DNA of 64,000 bases from a virus (lineage: Duplodnaviria > Caudoviricetes). Below, in pieces: positions 39,432 through 48,664 of this stretch. The DNA is taken from the IMG/VR virus record IMGVR_UViG_3300021387_000796, positions 154,067 to 218,066 of that record. One strand, 5' to 3'. The translations under genes were made by a program, and so were the position numbers. The notes under the pieces are model-generated. The model had not been told where the DNA came from, ran no database searches, and worked only from the letters and a program-made list of their open reading frames with translations. Numbering within the stretch: position 1 is the first letter of the stretch; the number at the start of each line of letters is the position of its first letter.

Positions 39432-41276
39432 CTAATGCTTATTATAATAGTTATTAATTTCTCCTTGTATTGTATATTGATGTTTTGGATTAAGAATTTC
39501 TTTTAATATTTCTGTCGGTATTTCATCAGAATCGGCATAATTATCAAAATATTTTTTAATTTTGCTTTTATTCAGCAGACTTTCCATAAGATAATTATCA
39601 ATACTTCGGTCATATAAAAGGTGCATAGTTTCTATATCTTCTTTCTGACCCGACCCGTTAATTCTGCGAATACTCTGATTATAATAGTCAGTATCTATAG
39701 GAACTGCAAAATAAATATTCACCGTAAACCTCCAAAAGGAGACTGATGTGGACAAAACTTGATTAGTAATCAGCAATCGACAACTTTCATCTGTTTTAAT
39801 TCTCTCAATAATATCAGTTCTATCTTTTCGTTTAATTCCACACAATTGCTCATTTCCGCTCACAACGATAGGATTATACTTTTTGAAAATCTCACCAAGT
39901 TTCTGCATTGTTCGTGGACTGTTACACCATAAAATTACATTCTTTCCTTTATCTTCAATTCTATCTTCCAATATAGATTTTAGTATTTCGACTTTAGGAG
40001 AATCTTTTTCCATATCCCAATCTTCGGCATTTATCAAAGAAGGGTCATCTGTAATTTGTCTTAATGTTGGAAATTCTTTCTTAAAATTGCCGAATGTAAT
40101 TTTTCCATCACCTTGTTTCATTACATCAAGCATAAATTCATTTGAAGCAATCTGATAGATTTCACGCATTTTCTTGGACATAGAAATATAAACATCGTGG
40201 ATATAATTATCAGCAACTTTAAGACAGTTTTCACCGTAGGAAATCATAATTTTATTCAAGATATTTTCTTCATACTCTTTAAGTTTTGATGGAATAATAT
40301 TTCGCTTATATTTTGAATAAGTAGATTCTGTCATGTACTTCCACCATTCAGATTTTGTCATAGAGGACATTCTTTGTGGAAGTAATAATTTTGCTAAATT
40401 AAATGTTTTAGAATAATCATATCCAATTGAACCTGACATTACACAACGTCTTTCAAAGAAATCACGATGAATCCAAGTATACCAATACTGTAAAGTATCA
40501 TTACACAATGCTTGTGCTTCATCACATAACAAAAGCCGATTAGTAAACCATTTATCGAATTTAATGATTGGCTTTCTAGGTTCTTTCGCTTTAATCTTGT
40601 AAACCTTTTTGTAGTAATCATTACACAACCGCCAAGTTGAATACGATAAAATGATTACTTTTTTATTAAAGTAGTTTTCTATATCACGAGAATCTTTATC
40701 TAAAATAATCACATCATCTTCTTTTACAATTCCATCAGTAAAGAACACAATTTCCCTAGCAAAATTACCACATCCTTCAGGTCGCATAATTGCTAGTACA
40801 CAATCCAACACGCCTTGTTTAAACAAACTCGCAATTCCTATCGAAGAAATATAAGTCTTACCAAGTCTAGGAAACAAATTCATAAGTAATCTATTTTGAG
40901 TAACGAACTTTTTAATGGATTCCAACTGGTAATTTTCGTGCGGTGGTTGACCAATTAAAGGTGGATGTTTTTCCAATAATTCTTTATCAACAGAATATTT
41001 AACCTTTCGAAGTTCATTTGACGGAGGATATAGGCTTAATTTTATTACGTTGATATCATCTTCGCTTATTTCAACTTCTATATCATTATATTTTAATTCA
41101 TCAACTACATTCAAAACTGCAAGTCGGATAGGATACTTCCAATCATGCGACACCGAATCATAACTCAAAAAGTTTGCTCTAAACAAACCTACAATTGTAT
41201 CAAGTTGAAAAGAGTTACATTTTATTGTCTTGAAGTGTACGTCACCATCTTGTTCACTTATAAATATTTTGACCAT
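39432..41276 (-). CDS. SNF2-like superfamily 2 helicase
   Basis: YQLE, PRLGKT, CDEAQ, MSGS, SPKVEIL, QSIRRI motifs. Confidence 0.8.
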   Translation of the reverse strand: MVKIFISEQDGDVHFKTIKCNSFQLDTIVGLFRANFLSYDSVSHDWKYPIRLAVLNVVDELKYNDIEVEISEDDINVIKLSLYPPSNELRKVKYSVDKELLEKHPPLIGQPPHENYQLESIKKFVTQNRLLMNLFPRLGKTYISSIGIASLFKQGVLDCVLAIMRPEGCGNFAREIVFFTDGIVKEDDVIILDKDSRDIENYFNKKVIILSYSTWRLCNDYYKKVYKIKAKEPRKPIIKFDKWFTNRLLLCDEAQALCNDTLQYWYTWIHRDFFERRCVMSGSIGYDYSKTFNLAKLLLPQRMSSMTKSEWWKYMTESTYSKYKRNIIPSKLKEYEENILNKIMISYGENCLKVADNYIHDVYISMSKKMREIYQIASNEFMLDVMKQGDGKITFGNFKKEFPTLRQITDDPSLINAEDWDMEKDSPKVEILKSILEDRIEDKGKNVILWCNSPRTMQKLGEIFKKYNPIVVSGNEQLCGIKRKDRTDIIERIKTDESCRLLITNQVLSTSVSFWRFTVNIYFAVPIDTDYYNQSIRRINGSGQKEDIETMHLLYDRSIDNYLMESLLNKSKIKKYFDNYADSDEIPTEILKEILNPKHQYTIQGEINNYYNKH

Positions 41277-41282
41277 TTCTTT

Positions 41283-41621
41283 TTATTTTCTTCTCTTAAA
41301 TACGCAATTATTTTCATCATGAAACACATCATAATATTCTACTGTATCACCATATTCAATTTTTACAAATTCACAGAAAAATTCATCACTTGGGTCACAT
41401 TCCAATGAATAAGTTTTTCCATTTTCAGAATAATGCATTTTATTATGTTCAACCATATTACGAGCGATTTCTAATGTTGGAACAGAACCTATGAATCTCC
41501 ATAATGTAGAGTTTTCATCATCCCAATATTTTTTGAAAGAATTTATAGAATCACCCATTTCTTCCAAGAAATAAGGTGGTTTAGAAATTTGTAAACTGCT
41601 ATTATAAATTTTGTATTCCAT
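41283..41621 (-). CDS. Hypothetical protein
   Basis: GAGG RBS, TTGACA promoter upstream. Confidence 0.7.
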   Translation of the reverse strand: MEYKIYNSSLQISKPPYFLEEMGDSINSFKKYWDDENSTLWRFIGSVPTLEIARNMVEHNKMHYSENGKTYSLECDPSDEFFCEFVKIEYGDTVEYYDVFHDENNCVFKRRK

Positions 41622-41678
41622 AAAAAATTCCTCAACAATAAATATAATTTAAATTATAAAAATTGTCAATGAAAATTA

Positions 41679-42728
41679 TTAGTTTTCTTTAATTTCAAAT
41701 GCTTTTTTCAGAATAAAATTGAATGTATCCATTATTATTGGAGAAGGATTGTGTATATAATCTTCATCACACAACTTATCTCCCAAATAACGGCAAGCGT
41801 TACAATCGGCAAACAATTCTTGCATGAATTCAGATTTTTGAGAATTTCTATCGTCAGCACGAGTAAGTTTTAATCCTTTATTCTTCCATTCTTTATATGA
41901 TTCTACCCAATATTGTTGTAAATACTGTGGAAGAAGTGTCCACAAGTAATGTGAAAATTCATGATAAAGAACGCACTTATAAAAAAGTTGTTCGCTTGGG
42001 TCAGAAAGATTATCGCATTTACATTTCAAATAAATTTCTCCATCCGTAAAAAATGCTTGAGTCTGTTCATCCCCATCTGCCAGAAAAGTCAAATATTCAT
42101 TTGGCAAAATTAAAAATTTATCAAAGTTTCTCAATGTTTGTGGAAAATCTTTTTTAATATTCTGTAAAAATTCCAAGAAACTATTCAAAACAAAATCATC
42201 CGTAGATTTATCAAAATAAACTTCACATCCCAAAATACAAGTTTTGTTCAGTTTAGATAAATCCATGAGGGGGTAATTAGCCATTGCAACAATATAATTG
42301 TTCCAAAACTTTTTAAGATTTTCTATACATTCATACTCGCTTTCTACAATATCATTTAATCCTTCATCTGTAATATTATCGGTAAGTCCATCAAGATAAA
42401 ATAAACAATCACTTATGTTTCCAATTAAATCACAATAATTCGGAAGTAGATTAAATTCATAATTACGACTTAAAAATTCTCGTATACTCCACAAATATTT
42501 ATGGTGTTTTGAATCTTGAGCGTCAACATCTAAATCAGAAGCCGAAGCACCTTCAAAATATTCTAAATATTCTTTCAAATCATCAACTGTGTAATCTTCT
42601 TCCGAATTAAAAAGTTCATTATACATCTTTTCTCTATCAGAGATGTACTTTCTTACCATTTTATCTGCGGTAATAAGGTCTTTATAACTAAATGTATAGT
42701 CCAAGTTTTCTTTTAATCTTTTTGGCAT
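41679..42728 (-). CDS. Zn-dependent metallopeptidase domain protein
   Basis: LYHEFSHY (HExxH) plus downstream ELFAD. Confidence 0.7.
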   Translation of the reverse strand: MPKRLKENLDYTFSYKDLITADKMVRKYISDREKMYNELFNSEEDYTVDDLKEYLEYFEGASASDLDVDAQDSKHHKYLWSIREFLSRNYEFNLLPNYCDLIGNISDCLFYLDGLTDNITDEGLNDIVESEYECIENLKKFWNNYIVAMANYPLMDLSKLNKTCILGCEVYFDKSTDDFVLNSFLEFLQNIKKDFPQTLRNFDKFLILPNEYLTFLADGDEQTQAFFTDGEIYLKCKCDNLSDPSEQLFYKCVLYHEFSHYLWTLLPQYLQQYWVESYKEWKNKGLKLTRADDRNSQKSEFMQELFADCNACRYLGDKLCDEDYIHNPSPIIMDTFNFILKKAFEIKEN

Positions 42729-42771
42729 AAATTTCTACCTTCTTTTCCAATACAATTGTATAAGAAAATAG

Positions 42772-43599
42772 TTATAAATCAAACAGACTTTCTTCCTCGA
42801 TTTTTAATTCTTCTATTCCACATTCTCGCAACTTATCAAAAATCATATATTGTTTAAGCCTAGCCATAGCAATCCCTTTAACTTCATTCTTCCAATCAGT
42901 TTCTTTTAGAATTTTAAGAATTTCTTGTTTCTGCGGATGCTTATCATCAATCTTGATTTTATATTCACCACTATATTTTTCATCATCAGATAAAATCTTT
43001 CCTACACTTCCATTACCCCAATAACACATTCTTAAATCATAATCCGTTATTGAATCATAATCTTTTCTATCTTGCCTATAAAACGTAACACCTTCAAAAT
43101 GCTCTTTCTTAAATTTATGTTCACCACCACTAGGTCTTTTATATAAATTAAAGCAACAATGCAAATCTACACCACTGTAAGTTTTTATTCCCAAATCCTC
43201 TGAATAAATTAAATCAAAACGATAAAATGAAGTTACATTATTTAATTGAGAAATTGGCAGAATGAACCCTACATAATCAGCGATATCACAAGACTTATTA
43301 AAGAAATCCCTAGCAAGTTTAAGTCTATCTCCATAAGGTGGATTACCAATAACTAAAGTCCCCTTTTCATATTTAAGAGAATAGGTCAAATAATCATCTT
43401 GAATTGCATTTTCATACTGTGGTTTTACATCAATCATCAAGTTTGGTTTAATCTTCCAATTACAGAAAGCACCGCTTCCAACTGATGGTTCTATAATTCT
43501 TTTTACTGTTGAGAAATCCACATACTTTTCCACAATTTCCCAACAGTGATTTGCTACTTCTATAGGAGTATAATATTTGTCTAATTCGATTTTTGCCAT
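42772..43599 (-). CDS. DNA amino-methyltransferase (N6-adenine type)
   Basis: DKYYTP, IIEPSVGSGAF, GNPPY, FILP. Confidence 0.85.
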   Translation of the reverse strand: MAKIELDKYYTPIEVANHCWEIVEKYVDFSTVKRIIEPSVGSGAFCNWKIKPNLMIDVKPQYENAIQDDYLTYSLKYEKGTLVIGNPPYGDRLKLARDFFNKSCDIADYVGFILPISQLNNVTSFYRFDLIYSEDLGIKTYSGVDLHCCFNLYKRPSGGEHKFKKEHFEGVTFYRQDRKDYDSITDYDLRMCYWGNGSVGKILSDDEKYSGEYKIKIDDKHPQKQEILKILKETDWKNEVKGIAMARLKQYMIFDKLRECGIEELKIEEESLFDL

Positions 43600-43645
43600 G
43601 ATTAATTCCTTTATAAATTCAATATATCTAAAATTATTACTATAA

Positions 43646-45232
43646 TCAAGATAAATTTGTGTTTTTAAAATATTCCATGAGTTCTTGCTCAACTGTTTTA
43701 AGATTATTAAGTCTTAAAAGATTTATACCCTTTTGTTTACAATAATTATTTTTAATTTGGTCGTGTTTTTGAACATATTTCAAATTTTCCAACTTTCTAT
43801 CTTCGGTTATAGTTTTAGAACCAAAAGTAGTTGGACTGAAATGTTGTTTTCCGTCATATTCAATACATAAATTATATAAAGGAATATAAAAATCAAACGG
43901 AAGACTTCGTTTATCTTTACAATCAGCAAATCGTTTTTCTTCCTCGAATTCAATATTATTTTTGATTAAAAATAATCTTATTTTCTTTGCACCTTGAGAT
44001 GAATTACATTTAGGACACCCTCCACCACTTAAATGGTCATTTGGTGTTTGCCAAAACGCACCATGTTTTGGACAAATTATTTTAATTTTTGTTTTAGCAT
44101 CTATATACTCTGCTTCAGAATAATCATAAGTTCCTTCTCCTTGTTTTTCATTTGCTTTTTCTATAAATTCTTTAATTGTTAATTTTAAAGTTCCTGCACA
44201 TTTAGGACAACCTTTACCTCGAAGATGGTCGTTTGGTCTTTGCCAAAATTCATAAGGATTATCGTGATTATTACATATTATGCAAACTTTTGTACGATTA
44301 TTAACATAATTTGTTTTAGAATAATCATATTTCCCTTCTCCTTGTATATAATTTGCTTTATTTATAAATTCTTCTAATGTCATTTTTTGTTGCTCAGATT
44401 GTAATTCTCTTGCACATTTTGGACATCCATGACCTTTAACATGATTGCGTGGATTTTGCCAAAATTCAAAAGGTTCATCATGATTATGACAAATTATAAG
44501 AACTTTAGTTTTAGTATTTTTATAATTTACTTTTGAATAATCATATCTTCCTACACCATGAATTTGATTTGATTGTTCTATAAATTCTTCTGTTGTCAAT
44601 TTTAATTTTCCACCGCATTTTGGACAACCTTGACCTCTTAAATGCGATTCTGGTGTTTGAACAAATTCATAAGGTTTATCATGATTTAAACAAATTATAA
44701 TAACTTTAGTACGAGCATTTTTATAGTCAACTTTAGAATAATCATATTTATTTCCATGTATAATTTTCGATTGTTGTATAAATTCTTCTAATGATAATTT
44801 AGGAGGAATTTTCCCTTTTTCAACTGCACAAAAAGGACAGTTATGACCGCTTAAATGTTTAGTGGGTGCTTGCCAAAAATAATAATTATGCTTTTTGCAT
44901 TTTATATAAACTTTAGTTTCACAATTTATATATTCTACTTGTGAATAATCATATTTATCACCATGAACATGTAAGGCTTTCCAAATAAAAGTTTTGGTTT
45001 TCTTATCTTTGTACCAATATTTCAAATTAATAATTGTCAAAAATTCCTTTTCTCTGCACATCATTCGATAATTTTCAATTTTTCTAAGAAAATCATCTGC
45101 GAATCTAAAATTTCCAATGATTTCTTTCTTTTCAGAAACATCATTAATTCCTACGCATTCTTCACAATTACAATTTTCTTGATTTTCAACTTTTGTCTTA
45201 TCATAAGACATCACACGATTTAATAAATTCAT
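43646..45232 (-). CDS. Zn-ribbon repeat protein with C-terminal Vsr-like PD-(D/E)xK endonuclease
   Basis: Five (H/Q)G..YDYS..KV.I.C..H...H..G.GCPKC repeats; LPFDFY..CIEYDGKQH..KNNYC. Confidence 0.85.
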   Translation of the reverse strand: MNLLNRVMSYDKTKVENQENCNCEECVGINDVSEKKEIIGNFRFADDFLRKIENYRMMCREKEFLTIINLKYWYKDKKTKTFIWKALHVHGDKYDYSQVEYINCETKVYIKCKKHNYYFWQAPTKHLSGHNCPFCAVEKGKIPPKLSLEEFIQQSKIIHGNKYDYSKVDYKNARTKVIIICLNHDKPYEFVQTPESHLRGQGCPKCGGKLKLTTEEFIEQSNQIHGVGRYDYSKVNYKNTKTKVLIICHNHDEPFEFWQNPRNHVKGHGCPKCARELQSEQQKMTLEEFINKANYIQGEGKYDYSKTNYVNNRTKVCIICNNHDNPYEFWQRPNDHLRGKGCPKCAGTLKLTIKEFIEKANEKQGEGTYDYSEAEYIDAKTKIKIICPKHGAFWQTPNDHLSGGGCPKCNSSQGAKKIRLFLIKNNIEFEEEKRFADCKDKRSLPFDFYIPLYNLCIEYDGKQHFSPTTFGSKTITEDRKLENLKYVQKHDQIKNNYCKQKGINLLRLNNLKTVEQELMEYFKNTNLS

Positions 45233-45315
45233 CACAATCCTCTCAAATATTTTAAGTTTTGGTTATTGGACGTAACCTCGAATTAAATAGTTAATTCTTA
45301 AATAAGATAGTTAAA

Positions 45316-45403
45316 ATAAAAAGAGAGGTGTATTTGTGGTCAAACGGATTGTGTATTTGACCAACTCAAGCGTCCAACTTGAATTACACCTCTCAAATAA
45401 TTA
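45316..45403 (-). ncRNA. Putative antisense small RNA (three-way junction, two targeting loops); ends approximate
   Basis: Outer stem GAGAGGTGTA/TACACCTCTC plus U-run; two inner hairpins whose loops match the leader of 43646..45232; TAACTATTT at 45411-45419. Confidence 0.6.
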
Positions 45404-45416
45404 TAAATTAAAATAG

Positions 45417-45650
45417 TTAATTGTTACAAGCATATTCAACCACTGAATCATCTCCGTAGTCTACGCTATGGAACTCGGATTGACTTCGATAATCTTCGTT
45501 AAGATATGTCTGAATAGATTTCAACTTTCCCAAAAAATCTTGTTCCATACTACCACCACAAGGACAAACTATTACTTTGGGTGCTGAACCCATAGGATAT
45601 TCAAGTTCTTTTTTAGTTCCACATTTTTTACACAAATATTTATATGTCAT
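45417..45650 (-). CDS. FmdB-family zinc ribbon protein
   Basis: MTYKYLCKKCG..CPCGG. Confidence 0.7.
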   Translation of the reverse strand: MTYKYLCKKCGTKKELEYPMGSAPKVIVCPCGGSMEQDFLGKLKSIQTYLNEDYRSQSEFHSVDYGDDSVVEYACNN

Positions 45651-45997
45651 ACTTTCAAATCCTCCAACTCTTTAATTCTTATACTTTTGTCTTTCTGCAA
45701 AGTAGGAATTAATTCAAAACATTTAATTGCTGAATCCCTCAAGAATGTCTTTTCAGAATTAACCGCAATATAGTAAATCATATTGAATTCGTTTTTAACT
45801 TTAATTACGCAACCGTCCAATTCATTTTTCTTGTTATAGAAATTAATTGCCTTGCAAACACCCTTAAATGAGCGAACTTTCTTGTCATTATAAATTACAG
45901 TCTTTACATCAGAGTAGGAATTGCAGTTTTCACATTCAAACTTGATTTTATTCCCATTGGGAAAAATAAATTCATTGTTCGTTACAGATAAAGACAA
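45647..45997 (-). CDS. Hypothetical protein
   Basis: TTG start with AAGGAG RBS; overlaps the next gene by ATGA. Confidence 0.65.
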   Translation of the reverse strand: MSLSVTNNEFIFPNGNKIKFECENCNSYSDVKTVIYNDKKVRSFKGVCKAINFYNKKNELDGCVIKVKNEFNMIYYIAVNSEKTFLRDSAIKCFELIPTLQKDKSIRIKELEDLKV

Positions 45998-46011
45998 TTT
46001 TAATTCTCCTT

Positions 46012-47217
46012 TTAATTTACAATCTTTTTCACTTTCTTCACAACCGTAGGTGTTGTTTCAACATTAGGTTGAACAGAACTTGTGTTTTCAACCAATCTTT
46101 TGGTGTTTTGGTTGTTTCCGCAATAATATTCATAAATCTTACTAATAAAAACATTAGGATTAAAATATGATGAACATAACTGCTGAGTTTCATTAAACAC
46201 TTTATACAAAGCCAAAAGATTACCACTCGCCTTCATCTTAGCAAATGATTTTTCCTTCCACTGAACTTCAAAAGGTTCACCAATCATATCACGTAAAGCA
46301 TTGTTGCTCAAGATTGTGTACCAATAAGGAATCATATCACCAAGATTATTCAAGTTATCATTGATATATTTCAATGCTGATTTATCTTTATTCAACAATG
46401 AAATTACAATGTCAGCCTCCTTCTCTTCATCGGTGTAATTCAAAAGTTTAATCAAATCGTCTTTTGATGTACATTCTGAATCAAGTGCTACACTCAAATC
46501 ATTCAACGCTTGTCTAATATTATTCTTTGAGTTCTGTGCGATGTATGGAATAAGTTCCAAAATCGTGTCACCCATTTCACCATTAGGGTCAATTTTTGTA
46601 GTAAATAACTGAAATAAATAATCGCTGATTTCATCTGTTGTAATCGGATTCAACTTGTACAAAGAAATTCTTGAACGAAGGGCATTTTTTTCCCTAGTAG
46701 CATTATCCTTTCCGTAAGAGTTTGAAAACTTGGATTCATCAGTAGAAGTCAGAATTACATAAGTGTTTGGACGATTCATCTCCAAGATTGTAAGCAACTG
46801 TTTCATAGCGGTAGCATTAATCATCTGTGCTTCTTCAATAATGATTACTGTATTTTCATCAATCATTGAATCATAACACATTGATTCATTTAGTTCACGC
46901 ATTTTATCAACTGTCAAATCACCACCATTATAGCAAGTTACCGAACGGTTAAATCTTTGTTCTACAATATCCTTTACTGCCGAACATTCGAGGTCAGGTT
47001 CTACCATTTTATTTTCATCAATAATCTTCTTTTCAGAGTTTAGTGTCATGGCAATCAACCTAGCCAATGTAGATTTTCCTATTCCACTGCCCCCTACTAT
47101 ACAAATCGCATTACCCAATGTACCTTTTGTGATAGCATTTTGAATAGAATGTACTACATTATGATTTCCTACAAATTCCTTAAATGTCTTTGGACGATAC
47201 TGAATTCCAAACTGCAT
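46012..47217 (-). CDS. dnaX: Clamp loader AAA+ ATPase (DNA Pol III gamma/tau-like)
   Basis: YRPKTFKEFVG, GGSGIGKSTLARL, IIEEAQ, ALRSR, NIRQALN. Confidence 0.85.
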   Translation of the reverse strand: MQFGIQYRPKTFKEFVGNHNVVHSIQNAITKGTLGNAICIVGGSGIGKSTLARLIAMTLNSEKKIIDENKMVEPDLECSAVKDIVEQRFNRSVTCYNGGDLTVDKMRELNESMCYDSMIDENTVIIIEEAQMINATAMKQLLTILEMNRPNTYVILTSTDESKFSNSYGKDNATREKNALRSRISLYKLNPITTDEISDYLFQLFTTKIDPNGEMGDTILELIPYIAQNSKNNIRQALNDLSVALDSECTSKDDLIKLLNYTDEEKEADIVISLLNKDKSALKYINDNLNNLGDMIPYWYTILSNNALRDMIGEPFEVQWKEKSFAKMKASGNLLALYKVFNETQQLCSSYFNPNVFISKIYEYYCGNNQNTKRLVENTSSVQPNVETTPTVVKKVKKIVN

Positions 47218-47365
47218 ATATTATTCTCCTTTTTAATTTAATTCATGATTTATAAAATAATAATATAATTTGGAAAATAAAAAGTCAACGAAATTTATCA
47301 AATTTTTATAAAAAAAGACCTAGAACAAAATCTAAGTCTTTTTTTTTTCAATCACATCAAGTTAA

Positions 47366-47599
47366 TTACTCAGCGGTAGGATAAGCCTTTACTGCTAAAA
47401 TATCAACTCTTCCAGCACTTGATGGTGTAAATGTATACACATTATCTGTTTCTGTGAAAGTAGCGTTGTTTGCTACAACTGAAAGTCCTTCAACAGGATT
47501 TCCTGCATTATTTACGAACTGAATTTCTACATCACTAGTATCTTCTGCAACGAATGTATAAGCGAAATTCTGAAAGTTTGTTACCTTTACATTAACCAT
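47366..47599 (-). CDS. Small beta-rich hypothetical protein (possibly virion)
   Basis: AGGAG RBS, downstream of the protease/scaffold gene. Confidence 0.7.
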   Translation of the reverse strand: MVNVKVTNFQNFAYTFVAEDTSDVEIQFVNNAGNPVEGLSVVANNATFTETDNVYTFTPSSAGRVDILAVKAYPTAE

Positions 47600-47671
47600 A
47601 ATTATATTCTCCTATATTCAAAAAATTTTCTATAATAATCCGCTCTCACAAAGAGAGCGATTTATCCAATA

Positions 47672-48664
47672 TTATTTTACTTCGCCACGGAGCATACGTT
47701 CCATGAGTTCATCATCCGAATCATCATCTTCTTCCGCAACTACAACTTGACCATCATCAACAACTACATTATCAACTTCATCATTGATAAGTTCATCGTC
47801 AACAATAACTTCATCATCTTCGTCCATTTCTTTCTTCAAAGTTGAAAAACGTGTCTTTTTAACTTCTTCTTTTTCAGCCTTTGCTTCATTCAATGCTCTA
47901 CGAAGTCGATTATTCTTTGCGGTCAACTGTTCTACTGCACGTTTGAGAGCCAAGATTTCTTCAACATTTGCTTCTGCATCAATAGCGTCATTTGCTTTCT
48001 TCATAGAAGCAATTGTATCTTCAAGGTCTTCAATCTTTTTGCACAAGTCAGCGTTTTCACCTTCAAGTTTTTTGATTTTCTTTTTGCAATCAACAACTAC
48101 ATCAGCATCAACAAGTGTATTTGCTTCTGCTTCAAGTTTGTTCATCTTGCTTTCAAGAACTCTACGATTTCTTCTCATCATACCTTCGAGATTACGATTC
48201 TTTGCTTTAAGTGAGCAAAGTTCTTTTGAAAGTCTGTGATTTTTTTCTTCAAGTTCTTCTGTTTTATCAAGTTCTGACTGACTACATTTATACTGTTCTT
48301 CTTCATACATATTTGTAACAGTTTTAAGTTTTTCCTCAATGTCAGCCTTTTCAGCCTTGAGTGCTTCAAGTTCATCAGAAACTTTCTTGTTCTCATCTTC
48401 AAGTGCCTTGCATTTGTTAGTAAGGTCGTCCGTCTGAAGTCCTTTTGCAGAAAGTTCCTTGATTTCGTTGTCTGTGTCTTCAATCTTCTTACAGATTTCT
48501 ACATGAAGTGTATCGTCTGTAAGTTTTTTTGCAAAACTATCAGCCATCGCTAAAGCGTCTTTCTTATCAAATGGACTGTCCATGTTTTCAGCATCTTTAA
48601 TCATGCTCTTAATATTGAGCATCATTGATTGCTGAATCAGTTCGTCATTTGTGTTTTCTGGCAT
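47672..48664 (-). CDS. Nested scaffold protein from an internal in-frame start
   Basis: AGGAG-8nt-ATG (MPENTND) at 48664, preceded by TAACTATTT at 48757-48765. Confidence 0.6.
   Translation of the reverse strand: MPENTNDELIQQSMMLNIKSMIKDAENMDSPFDKKDALAMADSFAKKLTDDTLHVEICKKIEDTDNEIKELSAKGLQTDDLTNKCKALEDENKKVSDELEALKAEKADIEEKLKTVTNMYEEEQYKCSQSELDKTEELEEKNHRLSKELCSLKAKNRNLEGMMRRNRRVLESKMNKLEAEANTLVDADVVVDCKKKIKKLEGENADLCKKIEDLEDTIASMKKANDAIDAEANVEEILALKRAVEQLTAKNNRLRRALNEAKAEKEEVKKTRFSTLKKEMDEDDEVIVDDELINDEVDNVVVDDGQVVVAEEDDDSDDELMERMLRGEVK

Noticed and set aside
45316-45403. tRNA gene
   Set aside because: Only two inner arms and no TTC-containing T-loop or D-loop consensus; the loops instead match the neighbouring leader.
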